From contig NC_042997.1 of assembly GCF_006345805.1 (NCBI RefSeq), forward strand, positions 153,636,001-153,700,000: a stretch of 64,000 bases of DNA, given 5' to 3'. The notes below the pieces were generated by a model. The model was not told the DNA's origin, ran no database searches, and was given only the letters and a program-made list of their open reading frames with translations. A program made the position numbers and the translations under genes. Source of the DNA: Octopus sinensis. Its lineage: Eukaryota. Below, one piece after another: positions 52,383-64,000 of this stretch; positions within the stretch are counted from its first letter, which is position 1, and each line of letters starts with the position of its first letter.

Positions 52383-52600
52383 TTTTAAGTAATGATTTGT
52401 GATGATTAGAATTAATATTTATGTATTTAAGATATTCATTTGGTTTGTGAAATGAAGAGTAGGTTTCATTATCAAGGTCTAAGGTTCCATCTAAAAAATT
52501 TGCCTTAGAATAACTTTTTTCAAATGTAATAGATAACCCGAAATTTTTATAAAATTTATGTAATTCCTCTTTCATTTTCCCTATTTTTCTTTTAAATCTA
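52383..52600 (-). pseudogene. Penelope-like element RT fragment
   Basis: [55 protein letters not shown] matches the PLE RT pattern NFLDVTLDL...PY.KPN....YI...SNH. Confidence 0.85.
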
Positions 52601-52697
52601 CCGTTATAGATAAGGAGTCTATAACAATTTTACAATTTTACTTCAAATTTTTTTTGAAAAACTATCATTCGATATATTATACAATATTCATATTTTA

Positions 52698-52789
52698 TAT
52701 CTCTGAAGAGCAGAAGGGTTGTCTATAAATGCTTATCAATATAGGATTTCATTATAGGGACAACTCTTCTGCGAAACGATAGTAAGATG
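52698..52789 (+). ncRNA. Type I hammerhead ribozyme motif
   Basis: UAUCU-CUGAAGA-GCAGAAGGGUUGUC...GACAACUCUUCUGC-GAAAC-GAUA-GUA-AGAUG. Helix II is 14 bp, helix I is 5 bp. Confidence 0.85.
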
Positions 52790-52975
52790 CTCAAATAATT
52801 AATTCAAAATTTTTAAACTATCAAATTCATTTTATACATTATATTTATGTTTTTATATTTATTTATTTATATATATTTTTAATATAATAATTTCCTTCAC
52901 ACGGGTATATCTTTATGGTGAGTTTGGATATTAATTTCCCTATATCAATAATAATAATATATTATTAAAAAAATA

Positions 52976-53008
<33 letters not shown>

Positions 53009-53120
53009 CTATATATATATATATTTATAATAAGAGTAGATCGTATACGAGTGGGTATATATTTGTAAAAAAGAAGTTTGAAAACGCCACTATATTAGAT
53101 AAATTTTAATTTTCCTATGA

Positions 53121-53165
53121 ATTTTACATGTTTCGGTTCTTGAAAAAACGAACCTTATCAAAAAT
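53121..53165 (-). ncRNA. Decayed hammerhead motif (UUGAUAA core)
   Basis: AUUU-UUGAUAA-GGUUC..GAACC-GAAAC-AU-GUA-AAAU. Helices intact with palindrome ACAUGU; two core transitions. Confidence 0.55.
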
Positions 53166-53216
53166 ATTATAAAAAGTGCAAAGGAAAAGTTCATAATCGT
53201 TTTTTACTGGTCTCAA

Positions 53217-53252
<36 letters not shown>

Positions 53253-53272
53253 TATGTATGTATGTATGTATG

Positions 53273-53316
<44 letters not shown>

Positions 53317-53399
53317 TCTTTTACTGTTTTACTTGTTTCAGCCATGCGGTCGTGGTCATGCTGGAGCATCGCCATGGTCTTTCTGACTTCCTCAGTCTG

Positions 53400-53622
53400 G
53401 GTGTTTCATATCACCACTCTTGTATGTACCTTTGTCCCAGCTGTTGGTACATTTGGTGTATAATGGAGTTTGATTCCGCTTCCCTTGCTGCACCTTATGT
53501 CGGGCTGTTGGTTCATCCGGTATTGTGAAGAGGAGGATGTCTAGTTCCTTTTTGAAGATATCTACTTCCACCTTATGCAAATTTCTTAATTTTTGTGTCA
53601 GGGCATTGAAGAGCTGTGGGCA
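53400..53622 (-). mobile_element. CR1-like LINE 3' fragment
   Basis: PQLFNALTQKLRNL..VDIFKKELD..L.TIPDEP, homologous to the end of the 1537-2148 ORF. Confidence 0.8.
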
Positions 53623-53692
53623 TATGTATGTATGGATTTGTAAAGTATATATATACATATATACTTACATATGTACATGCATATATACATAC

Positions 53693-53724
<32 letters not shown>

Positions 53725-53727
53725 GTA

Positions 53728-54026
53728 GAGGTGCAATGGCCCAGTGGTTAGGGCAGCGGACTCGCGGTTGTAGGATCGCGGTTTCGATTCCCAGACCGGG
53801 CGTTGTGAGTGTTTATTGAGCGAAAACACCTAAAGCTCCACGAGGCTCCGGCAGGGGGGGTGGCGATCCCTGCTGTACTCTTTCGCCGCAACTTTCTCTC
53901 ACTCTTTCTTCAGGTGGCCTGCTCGCTTAGCCAGCGGGGTGGCGTCATTTGAAGGCTAAAAAACAATGCGAAGCGCATTGGGACCAGCGATGTGTAGCAA
54001 CATCTGATGGTCTGGTCGGTCACGGT

Positions 54027-54027
<1 letters not shown>
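53728..54027 (+). mobile_element. SINE (family D-like head, 3' end shared with 1278-1387)
   Basis: tRNA-like head plus shared body and tail. Confidence 0.85.
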
Positions 54028-54073
<46 letters not shown>

Positions 54074-54099
54074 TATATAATATATATATATATTATATA

Positions 54100-54151
<52 letters not shown>

Positions 54152-54923
54152 GCACGCGAATATACACTCGCGTGCAGAAGAAAGAAAGAAAGAAAGATGT
54201 TTGTGAAGATATAAACCTACTCCAACAAAGTATATATAAAGTATATATGAACACGTATGTTTGTATTCGTGCGGCTATCTGTGTATGTGCGTGCAATGCA
54301 TTTAAACATTTAGATACTTGTTTATATTAAAAGTGGATAACCATTCAACAGTAGCTAAGGTTTTTTTGAACAAGTGTATTTCTCGTTCATTTGCTCTTTT
54401 CTCTTTCCAACTCTAGAGATGTCAATGTAGACGTTTACCTTAAATACATATGACAAAAGTGCTTAGGTTGATAGCAAAATGTCAGCAAAATATTTATTGC
54501 GTTTATGTTGAGAGCAAATCGAGTGCTTATGTTTGGTTTTGTTTTCGTTTTTATCATCAATCTTTATCTCCATAAGCCTTTATTATTATTCTTCAGCTAA
54601 TATTAAAGGAATGAGCGGTAAAATAAATAAATGAATGAAAAAAAATACACTATACAGAAACAGAGACAGATGCCTACATGAAAGTAGCCTTTTGACATTT
54701 GCGTCATTAAAGTGTTTTATCGAGTTTCATCGTGGAAAATAAGTTCATCTATCCTTGAACTGCAATTTGTGGATTGTAAGCTTCTTATAAAAAGACAGCT
54801 TCAGATTCTTGATATAGCTATGTTATAAAGAGGAAACCTGGTATGAGCAAATGATATCTCCATTATATGTCACAGAACTGTGAAAGGTTAGCGTAGCGGT
54901 CACTCATGAGTTAGTATGACTTG

Positions 54924-55224
54924 TTTGTTCCTTCTCGAGCCATGCCTGGCTCATAAGGGCCGGTTTCCCGGTTCCATTGGCGTATAGGTTCCCCACCTGG
55001 ACGGGACGCCAGTCCGTCGCAGGTGAGCTGCAAGATGCAGGAGGAAAGAGTGAGAGAAAGTTGTGGCGAAAGAGTCAGCAGAAGTTCGCCATTACCTTCT
55101 GCCAGAGCCGCGTGGAGCTTAGGTGTTTCGCTCATAAACACACACATCGGCCGGTCTGAGATTCGAACCTGGGATCCCTCGACCGCGAGTCCGCTGCTCA
55201 AACCACTAGGCCATGAGCCTCCAC
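54924..55224 (-). mobile_element. SINE family D with a 15-bp TSD
   Basis: AGTTAGTATGACTTG at 54909-54923 and 55225-55239. Confidence 0.92.
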
Positions 55225-55568
55225 AGTTAGTATGACTTGGTAACTTGCATCCCGCTTCTGCTATTTGTTTTCGGTACCTATGTAATTTACGAGAAGACAT
55301 TGGTACCGTGTTGATCCTCCCACCTTTGGTACATCAGAACATTGAGTATACAATTGGAAGGAGAGAGAGCTGCACCAAAAGTTGGTTGGTACTTATATTC
55401 AGCTAAGTAAAGTGGCATGAAATGTTGTGTCTTGTTTAAGGACAAAACATAGAGAAAGGTCTATCTGTAGGCGAAAGGTCAAAGTGAGAATTTGCGCTTT
55501 GTCCACCGTGAAATCGATAAATAAGTACCAAACAATATTTTGGATTTTATACGATAGACTCTTTAATG

Positions 55569-57859
55569 CAGGGGTGTGCAACAGTTTACATTGGGGGAGG
55601 GAGCCACTTTCAAGCATTGGAACAAAAATTAGGGCTAGTCACCATCAAAAATATGTGATTCAATGGCAGCTAGTATACTGGGTCACGAATATATTGTGAA
55701 TACATTTTTAAACAATAAAGACAAATAAAATTAAATTTAGTTTTATTAATGTGAGACTTGGTATTTTGTGTTTTCGCACAATTTATCAACGTCCGCTCTT
55801 ACTGATGGGCTGGCAATTGGAAGCTGACCGGTCAGATGTTCATCTGTGAGCTGACTTCGGTATCTCTTTCTTGTAAATTTCATTCTTGAGAACTTCTCAC
55901 AATATTTGCTCCCAAAAAGGGATGTCATTTTCCTAGCATATTGCTCCAAATTTGGATGCTTTCCACATACATAATTTTTGCAGAAAGTTACCAAGCCATT
56001 GCTATCATATGCGCTTTTCAAGTCCATATCAGACTGCAAATCTATTGGCTCCACTTAACACCAATCAAGACTCTCCTCAGGTGCCATGTCAAATGACTGA
56101 GAAAATAGCTTGAACTCAGTTTCACATTTCCTGAAATCAGCAAATTTGCTTGTAAATTCAGCACACAACTTGCCGACGTTTTCAGCATATTTGAAACAAT
56201 CCGAATCTGGCATTTCTGCTTTTCTGACAGCTAAACTGGGAAAATGAGTGAGTGCTGTTCTACTCAGCTCAGACTGAAAAAGTTGTAGTTTCTTTTCAAA
56301 AGAACAAATGTGTTCAAATGTCTTGTTCACCAGCTGACTTTTACCTTGCAGTTTAACATTTAAATCTGAAAGATGTTGTGTGATGTCAGGAAAGCAGTGT
56401 CATTTAACCAGTCATCATCATTTAAATAAGCAGCATCTTGCTGCTTATTTATCATGAATGATCCAATCTCCTTTCTTAGATTCCAAAATCTTTTCTGAGT
56501 AGCAGCTCTACTTAACCAACACACTGCAGAGAAGTGCACAACATCAGGATAACCCGAGTCAAGTTCTTCTGAGAAGGACTTAAATTGTCGATGATTTAGT
56601 CCTCGAGCACGAATGTAGTTCACACATTGAACAACACTTGTCATAACACCAGTAAAGTCAAGAACTTTTGTGCACAATCTTTCCTGTTGTATAATGCAGT
56701 GATTCACCACAATCTCTTGTGAACCGATGGTATCCAAAAATTTCTTAGTGAATCCATTAGTTCCACCTGTCATTGAGGGTTCCCCATCAATTGTCAGGCC
56801 ACACAGTTTAGAAGGGTCAAGTTGAGACTTCTCCATCAACTTTAAGATTTGATCACTAATGGCTTGTCCAATGGTCGTTGAAGACATACTGGCCATGTTC
56901 AAAAATTCTTCACTTATTTCAAAATTGTCAGTAACTCCTCGTACAAACACAACCAATTGTACAATGTCACATCTGTACTTTCATCAAGAGCCAAACTATA
57001 TGCTGCACACTTATTTATCCTCTCCTTTAAAGTCTCTTCGATATTTTCTGCAAGTTGATTTATTCTTTGCGACACAGTAAAACGAGACAGACTGGTTTGC
57101 TGCAATAAATGTTTCTTTTCGAGACATGCAAAATCAGTAAATATGAACCCTCCATCACTGAAGGGTTTTTCCTTTTCTGCTATTGATTCATAAATTTCGA
57201 ATTTAAGCTTTGTTACAAGCCAGAGTCTTTCTTATAATATGTAGATACTCCTTGTTGCTTTTTAATTAACTTGGTCATCTGTTGTAGTTTGTCCACTAAT
57301 GTACCATATATGGTTGAATATTTCGTTGTATAATGACGTTTAATGTTGTATTCCTTCACTACGGCTATTGTAGTTTCGTAGATTACACATACAACACCTT
57401 TGTTGAGCTGAACAACCAAATATTTGTTGCTCCAGTGATTGTTGAATATTTCCCCTCACCATCAATTTTCTGTTTTTTAGCAGCAGACATCTTTACCTGC
57501 ATAAAATATGAAAAATATTAAAACGGTTTGAATTATCATAAAGGTGAAAGGGAAGGGATCAAAGAGCCCTTCCCTTTCACCTTTATGAATTTGAATTGAT
57601 GGTTTGTCTTCTAGCAACTACAAGAAATGAATAATAAATTCAAAACAAAGTCTCTTTGTGTAGCACGCTTGAAAGTCAGAAATGAGGCGTTCTTGACATT
57701 TTGTAAGGTCGAATCGAAAACTGTAAAATTGGTCTTACGGCTACGAAAAAATTTCGAAACTAGCGTACGAGGTAAAAAAAAATAATAAAACGGTTAGCAA
57801 GGACTACACTGACTGGCCTGGCGAGTTGTGGCCCGCGGGGCGTCTGTTGCACATCCCTG
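55569..57859 (-). mobile_element. Complete hAT transposon (Buster/Charlie/SPIN, GTF2IRD2-like transposase), disrupted
   Basis: TIRs CAGGGGTGTGCAAC / GTTGCACATCCCTG; perfect 8-bp TSD CTTTAATG. Motifs VVKEYNIKRHY, YSLALDESTD, HCIIQQERLC, RARGLNHRQFK, MTSLFGSKYCEKFSRMK. Confidence 0.95.
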
Positions 57860-58049
57860 CTTTAATGCTGTATCCCAGTGTGGCCGTAGTTCAAAGACTG
57901 GAATCAATAAAAGGATAAAAAAAAAACACCTTTAATAATTATTGATAATACACAAAGAATGAATGCAGGGCATGATATTTTTTCGCTGACGCAGACAAAT
58001 ACTAGCTTTATGGGAAAACAAAAATTAAATGCTACAGAATATAAAACAG

Positions 58050-58856
58050 AAAAATATTCGTCTTTCACCTACAAAATAGCATTAACTCCTCCTTTTAACC
58101 CAACATCGACAGAATAATGGAATTTAAAACCTCTATAGCCTCGGGGCTGACAAAATAGAAAACATACATTAAAAAAAAATCTGAAAGAAGCACTCTCATC
58201 GTCAAGGAGCTAAAACTACAACAATATTGTTAAACTCAAAACAATCTAGGGAAAGTTGATTCAAAACTTCGACAAAAATTCAGATAAAATAGCATAGTAC
58301 GCACCCATCACTCTTCCATGCACACCCTCGAAAATTTTAGAAGGGCTCCTTGACACCACTAACCCCTGCAAACACACGTCACCAAATCACAGAACCTCTA
58401 CTCCCAGCCACCACTCTACTAAAAAACCTGATATAGAAAATAGATAACGATTTCAACAGTAGCGAGAAAACACACACGCACACACCATTTTAACTACCAT
58501 CGGCATCAGCATCAGCAAATTTTTCGAGTCCATCGCCCGTTATCTATTTACGCGCAAAACACTTAAGACATCCTGAAGCGCAACATAAAACGTTAGTTAA
58601 AAAATTGTGTCGGGTCGTCAAACCTGCGTAGCGTTCAAACATCTGCAAATTCCTGAACGTAGTACAACAAGGATGCATGTTCTGGACCATAATGTACCCT
58701 TCTTTTTAAGATAACAGAGCGTAGTTGGAGATTTGGCTGCTATTCCTTACAGTTTGGACGATGGCATAAACCCTCGCATCTAAACTGTTTCCTTATTTGT
58801 GTAGTGCTGATGCTTTGATTTATTTGAAGAGAAACAGGCTGCTATATGATTATTAG

Positions 58857-58929
<73 letters not shown>

Positions 58930-59500
58930 AGTCTCTGGGTTATACTTCTTTGTCACTCTATACCCATAAATCAGAAGGTGGAAATGATCTTAGGGAAATC
59001 ATCTTAAAACACTTCATTCATCAAAAAGAAAACCTCGACATGAGACTGGAAAAGGAAACTTGTGTCATCAAGCCACAGAACAATAATTTTATCCGGTAAA
59101 ATATTTACATCAAACTTGCATCTATACTTCTGGAATTGTAAAATCTCTATAGAATATAAATTTAAATTTCTGGTTATCGCCATTGACAGGAAGCTATAAT
59201 AAAGTTGAACAACAGTTTCAAGCGCTACCGAAAATTGCAAACAAATTGGAAATGAAAGGAACAACCACTAATTTCATAGTACGAATCCGAGGCATCTTTG
59301 AGTATAAACTTGTCTATTGAGATTCATACAGCATTCTTCGGTCAAATCAAACTAATCCAAAGGAAAGCACTCAAGATAATCATAGTTGATAGATCTACAG
59401 CTTCTAAAAACACTTGCCATAAACAACACACATTACAGTAAATAGCTACAGCAACGTCACTTTATACACTACACAAAAGATAAAAATCCTTTAGAATTCA
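58050..59500 (+). pseudogene. Degenerate jockey/I-like LINE RT remnant
   Basis: KTSIASGADK-like and KFLVIAIDRKL-like pieces; heavily mutated and interrupted by (GT)n. Confidence 0.4.
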
Positions 59501-59662
59501 GACTGTCATCGCGCCATGAAAGTCGTTGTTGTTATTACTTAGCTTCAGGTCAATTTGCAAGATCAGACATACGATCAAAAGCATTCTTACCATCACCATA
59601 TCGATTACGAAAGGGAAGAGGTCTCTCGCATGCCCTGCGACGAACCGGTATCGCGGAGTAAA

Positions 59663-59899
59663 TAGGGCGGCGAGCTGGCAGAAACGTTAGCACGCCGGGA
59701 GAAATGCTTAGCGATATTTCGTCTGCCGCTACGTTCTGAGTTCAAATTACACCGAGGTCGACTTTGCCTTTCATCCTTTCGGGGTCGATAGATTAAGTAC
59801 CAGTTACGCACTGGGGTCGATATAATCGACTTAATACGTTTGTCTGTCCTTGTTTGTCCCTCTCTGTGTTTAGCCCCTTGTGGGTAGTAAAGAAATAGC
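59663..59899 (+). mobile_element. SINE family B with a 14-bp TSD
   Basis: TATCGCGGAGTAAA at 59649-59662 and 59900-59913. Confidence 0.92.
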
Positions 59900-62069
59900 T
59901 ATCGCGGAGTAAACCGAGAATAATGGTTGTCATAAACAATGTAGTATTCCCGGTTGAGGCTAATGAAATTGGAAAGTCCATTAAAACAATGAATGCTCAC
60001 TTGTCTCCAATTGCGCACCAATAGCTGTATTTGTGATGCGGATGTGACTCTCCCATCTGCAATCAATCATATTCTAGGAGCAGTGTATTCTAATCTCAGT
60101 CACTTATCCACCAAAGAAACCGGATTGAGCTCCGGCTTTATAAGTTCTAGGGCTCATGACACACCAGTCTAGCTCTACATTCTCCAATGTGTCCTTCCCG
60201 TTTTAAATGATATAGAGAATGGTTTGATGGGGCTTTTGCAAATATTTTTAGCAGACCGAGCAAGCACGCGGCGGCTCTTCGATCAATTTATTGCATTATG
60301 AGGTTCATCGTTAGATAAAGACCAATCTTTCCATGTTTTCATGTCTACATCCCCCCCACTCTACATACTGGACCTTAATTTCCTGTTTCCTGTGATTAAG
60401 ACAGAAAGAATTTTAAGATAATCAAACGAGAAACTTCAAGATACTTAACACATATAGCGCGACAGGCCACGATCGTGGCCCAGGTAGATGCATTTAATTT
60501 ATGGGCGTTTGTTTGGGATCTAATATCACTCAAACGCTCCGATACCCCACAGAATGCAAGAGGACTAATAGTTCAACTAATGAATTTTTAGATGATGTAA
60601 AACTTGCCACCATTATATACTAAGAAGATATTTTAACTATCTTTCTTGTTTTTATCTTCAAACTTACAAAGTTTGACAAGTTTTAAAATTCATAACTTTA
60701 TCTGTTTAATGTGATCGTCTCTATTATCGGTCGATCGGCTATAAGTAGCAGCCAAACATCTCTCAAATCAAACTCCACCGTTTCAAACGAGAAAAGTGCA
60801 AAAGTGCAAAAGTGCACGCGTGGACTTATGTGTATGTATTTCGGCATTTCGATGATCAGCAACCTTAAGTTTTACAAAATTTTAAAATTTATCAAGTTTT
60901 CGATTTTCCGATTTAACGAGATAGCATTTAAGTTCTCGCACAATCTGTTAAAAGTAGCAGCCAAATCTCCCTTAAATCAAACCTCACCGTCTGTCTGAAA
61001 CAAGGAAAGACACACTGGATTATGTCATCCTAGATTCCTCTAAATAGACGGGATGGCCATGGCTGAAATACTTTTCATCATAGATTTAGTGCACCAGACT
61101 AGACGTAGTACCAAACAATGGCAACCAAGAATTTTTTTTTATTTATTTCTCTTTTATAGAAATTAATTTCTATGAGGTAAAAGTTAGATATACTAAAAAT
61201 ATAACATTTTGACAATTTTCTTGATTCTAAGTTTTACCGAAAACTAAAAGTTATACTGGGGTTTTACAACTCAAAGTGATTATAGATTTATGAGGATACC
61301 CCTTGCCAGAATTTGAAAATTATTTCCAAAAGCCCAAATAAATATTGGGTTGTCAGATCATTAAATTAACACTAAATTTTTTTCCATGGTCTCATGGTGG
61401 ATTTTTTGTTTCGTTTTTTTTTTCTTTTTTTTTTGTAGCTCTGTTCTTCCTCTACAACAGTAGTTCTCAACCGGGTTCCATATAAAATTTTGTGGGTCCA
61501 TGCAACAAAACAAAAAAACTGGGAATCCACAATCATATTTTAAGGGCCCATGAAGAAATTTTTCATTTGGTGTATTGGTATGTATTGCAAGAAACAGCTA
61601 GGTTTCTTCTCTAACAGTTTACCTAGTTCGAGCTACACAAGTTAATGAGTGAAAAATAAAATAGGAATTTTGAAAGAAGTTTCTATAAAACTAGTTTCGA
61701 AACATTGAATGGTTATGGGAAGGGGGTCGTAGATAAAAGAAAAAAAAATTGAGAACTCTTCTACAACATTTGTTCGTTGTTTTCGAAATTTGCCTTTTTT
61801 CAGACGTGCGACGAATGCGTAAAAAGAAAAGAAAACAAATTTATTTGACAACCTGATACATTTCGATCGCGAACCAACAAGGTAGCCTGCATGATCACTA
61901 CCTACAAGAAATAGGAGCTAAATTATATTCAAATCACTATATAATATTGAAAAGTAAAGGATGCGTTTGAGAATGTAGCAAGTGATTGCTGATATTCTTC
62001 TGGAGTTTCTTTTGTACGTATACAAGTGTTTCAGCTTTAGAAGAAGACTTGGGGCCGAGAGTGTATATC

Positions 62070-62486
62070 TATTTCTTTATTACCCACAAGGGGCTAAACA
62101 TAGAGGGGACAAACAAGGACAGACATAGGTATTAAGTCAATTACATCGACCCCGGTGCGTAACTGGTACTTAATCTATCGATCCCAAAAGGATGAAAGGC
62201 AAATTGACCTCGGCGGAATTTGAACTCAGAACGTAGAGGCAGACGAAGTACCTATTTCTTTACTACCCACAAGGAGCTAAACATAGAGGGGACAAACAAG
62301 GACAGACATAGGTATTAAGTCGATTACATCGACCCCAGTGCGTAACTGGTACTTAATTTATCGACCCCGAAAGGATGAAAGGCAAAGTCGACCTCGGCGG
62401 AATTTGAACTCACAACGTAACGGCAGACGAAATACGGCTACGCATTTCGCCCGGCGTGCTAACGATTCTGCCAGCTCGCCGCCTAA
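62070..62486 (-). mobile_element. Tandem dimer of SINE family B (full plus 5'-truncated copy)
   Basis: Two consecutive bodies at 62070-62248 and 62249-62486; diverged TSD GCCGAGAG(T/A)G(T/C)ATATC. Confidence 0.88.
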
Positions 62487-62974
62487 GCCGAGAGAGCATA
62501 TCATTAGCTGATTCATTGAGTGACTGAACGATTAATCAAATAATCGATTGGTTAATTGGTTAAACTTTAACGAATTGACTTGTAATTTAAAAAAAATGAA
62601 ATAGAACGAGTACATATGTTAATTATTGGCATAAGGGACCTCTCGAGATACCGTACAACCTGTTTCATCATATGAATTCCTATCAAGAATCTTACAAACT
62701 AAATGCAAAAACAAATTTACTTGTAAGTACACTTTCTATAGTATAGCATTGCAGGGAGATTTTTTTTTCTTTTCAAGTCTGTTTTGTGCAACCCAAAAAT
62801 CTTCAGCCTGTCACTGCTGAAATGCATGTTATAGATTCGCCATCACGGCCCTAGATATACGCCTTTCACCAGAACAGACCTTGACTTAAATAACACCAAC
62901 ACCAACAACAATAGCGGCGTCTTTGAATCCCAGTTGTAATTGCTATCATTTTACAACGAAGCCACTTTTCTGAT

Positions 62975-63338
62975 TTATTCTTTTACTTGTTTCAGTCATT
63001 TGACTTGGGCCATGCTTAATCACCAGCATTAGTCGAATAAATCGACCCCGGGACTTATTCTTTGTAAGCCTCTTCCGCAGAACCGCTAAGTTACGGAGAT
63101 GTAAACAAACCAAAATCGGTTGTCAAGCGATGTGAGGAGGGGACAGACACAGACACACACAAATATATATACACAACGGGTTTCTTTCATTTTCCGTCTG
63201 CTAAATCCACTCACAAGGCTTTGGTCGGCCCGTGGCTATAGTAGAAGACACTTGCCCAAAGTGCCACGCAGTGGGACAGAACCCAAAACCATGTGATTGA
63301 GAAGCAAGCTTCTTATCACACAGCCATGCTGCGCCTAT
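62975..63338 (-). mobile_element. SINE family A
   Basis: Homologous to 1-400. Confidence 0.85.
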
Positions 63339-63432
63339 TTGAAAGAAATATTTTATTCTTTAAATTCTGTTTGAATTTCTGATGGGATGGTACTTTTTGG
63401 TGGGTGGTTGTTTGTGAGACTATTTCACTTAG

Positions 63433-63479
<47 letters not shown>

Positions 63480-64000
63480 TCTTGTGTGCGGTTGTATTAA
63501 AACATCGCCTATACACAATTTTATTACAGCTCCTTTTCTATCTTCTTATTACTTAGCATTTGCACAAAAATATGGCAAATTTAGTCAGATCTAGCTGAAT
63601 CTTGGTTAGCATCAAAAATGGCTAGTGTTTCTTCTTTCACTTAATTCTCAGTGTTTTTTCTCTTTTTTTCTTTTTTTTTTTTTTTTTGAGGTGGGGAGAA
63701 ATTTCAGAGTGAAAAATAGCTTTCTATTTTTATTTTATTTTTAATATATTCTATACATAAGTATAAAAATATAAATTTTGAATTTCCTATTTTTTATATA
63801 TTTATAAAAATATATAAAATTATTTCAGAACTTGTGATAAACCTTGCAACGTTGGCTAAGCTGTGACAACTGTATAGCATTCTAGTATACGTTTTATTAT
63901 ATTTGTTCAAGCAGCTAAGTAAACCTTGTTTATGTGTGTCTAAATATATGTGTGTGTATGTATGTATGTGTACATATAACAACATAGGTACAGGAGCCAA

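Noticed and set aside
60745-61110. Two similar GTAGCAGCCAAA...AAATCAAAC segments
   Set aside because: Appear to be fragments of an old dispersed repeat; too degraded to define.

Overview
AT-rich, microsatellite-dense eukaryotic DNA. The SINE families and repeat style suggest a coleoid cephalopod, probably Octopus (inference, no search run). Most ORF-track entries are microsatellite artefacts or transposon debris. Mobile elements: tRNA-derived SINEs of at least four families, CR1/jockey-type, Tx1-like and R4/Dong-like LINE remnants, Penelope-like (PLE) RT remnants, several mariners (one full-length with TIRs), a complete hAT (Buster/Charlie-like) element with an 8-bp TSD, and a Helentron/DINE-like element. 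The only host coding signal I can support is two paralogous, probably alternative, terminal exons (36816 and 44635), each starting with the helix-8 motif VQxEIYxxWQRxQL typical of class B1 (secretin-family) GPCRs. I could not locate the upstream exons. The main discovery is ten minimal Type I hammerhead ribozyme (HHR) motifs found by eye (eight with canonical cores, two core-mutated), from about eight unrelated sequence families. Several lie in non-coding units of about 250-535 nt arranged as terminally redundant monomers or inverted copies next to (TA)n tracts, a retrozyme/PLE pseudo-LTR-like system. There is also a 100-N gap and a 1.42-kb tandem duplication that may be an assembly artefact.
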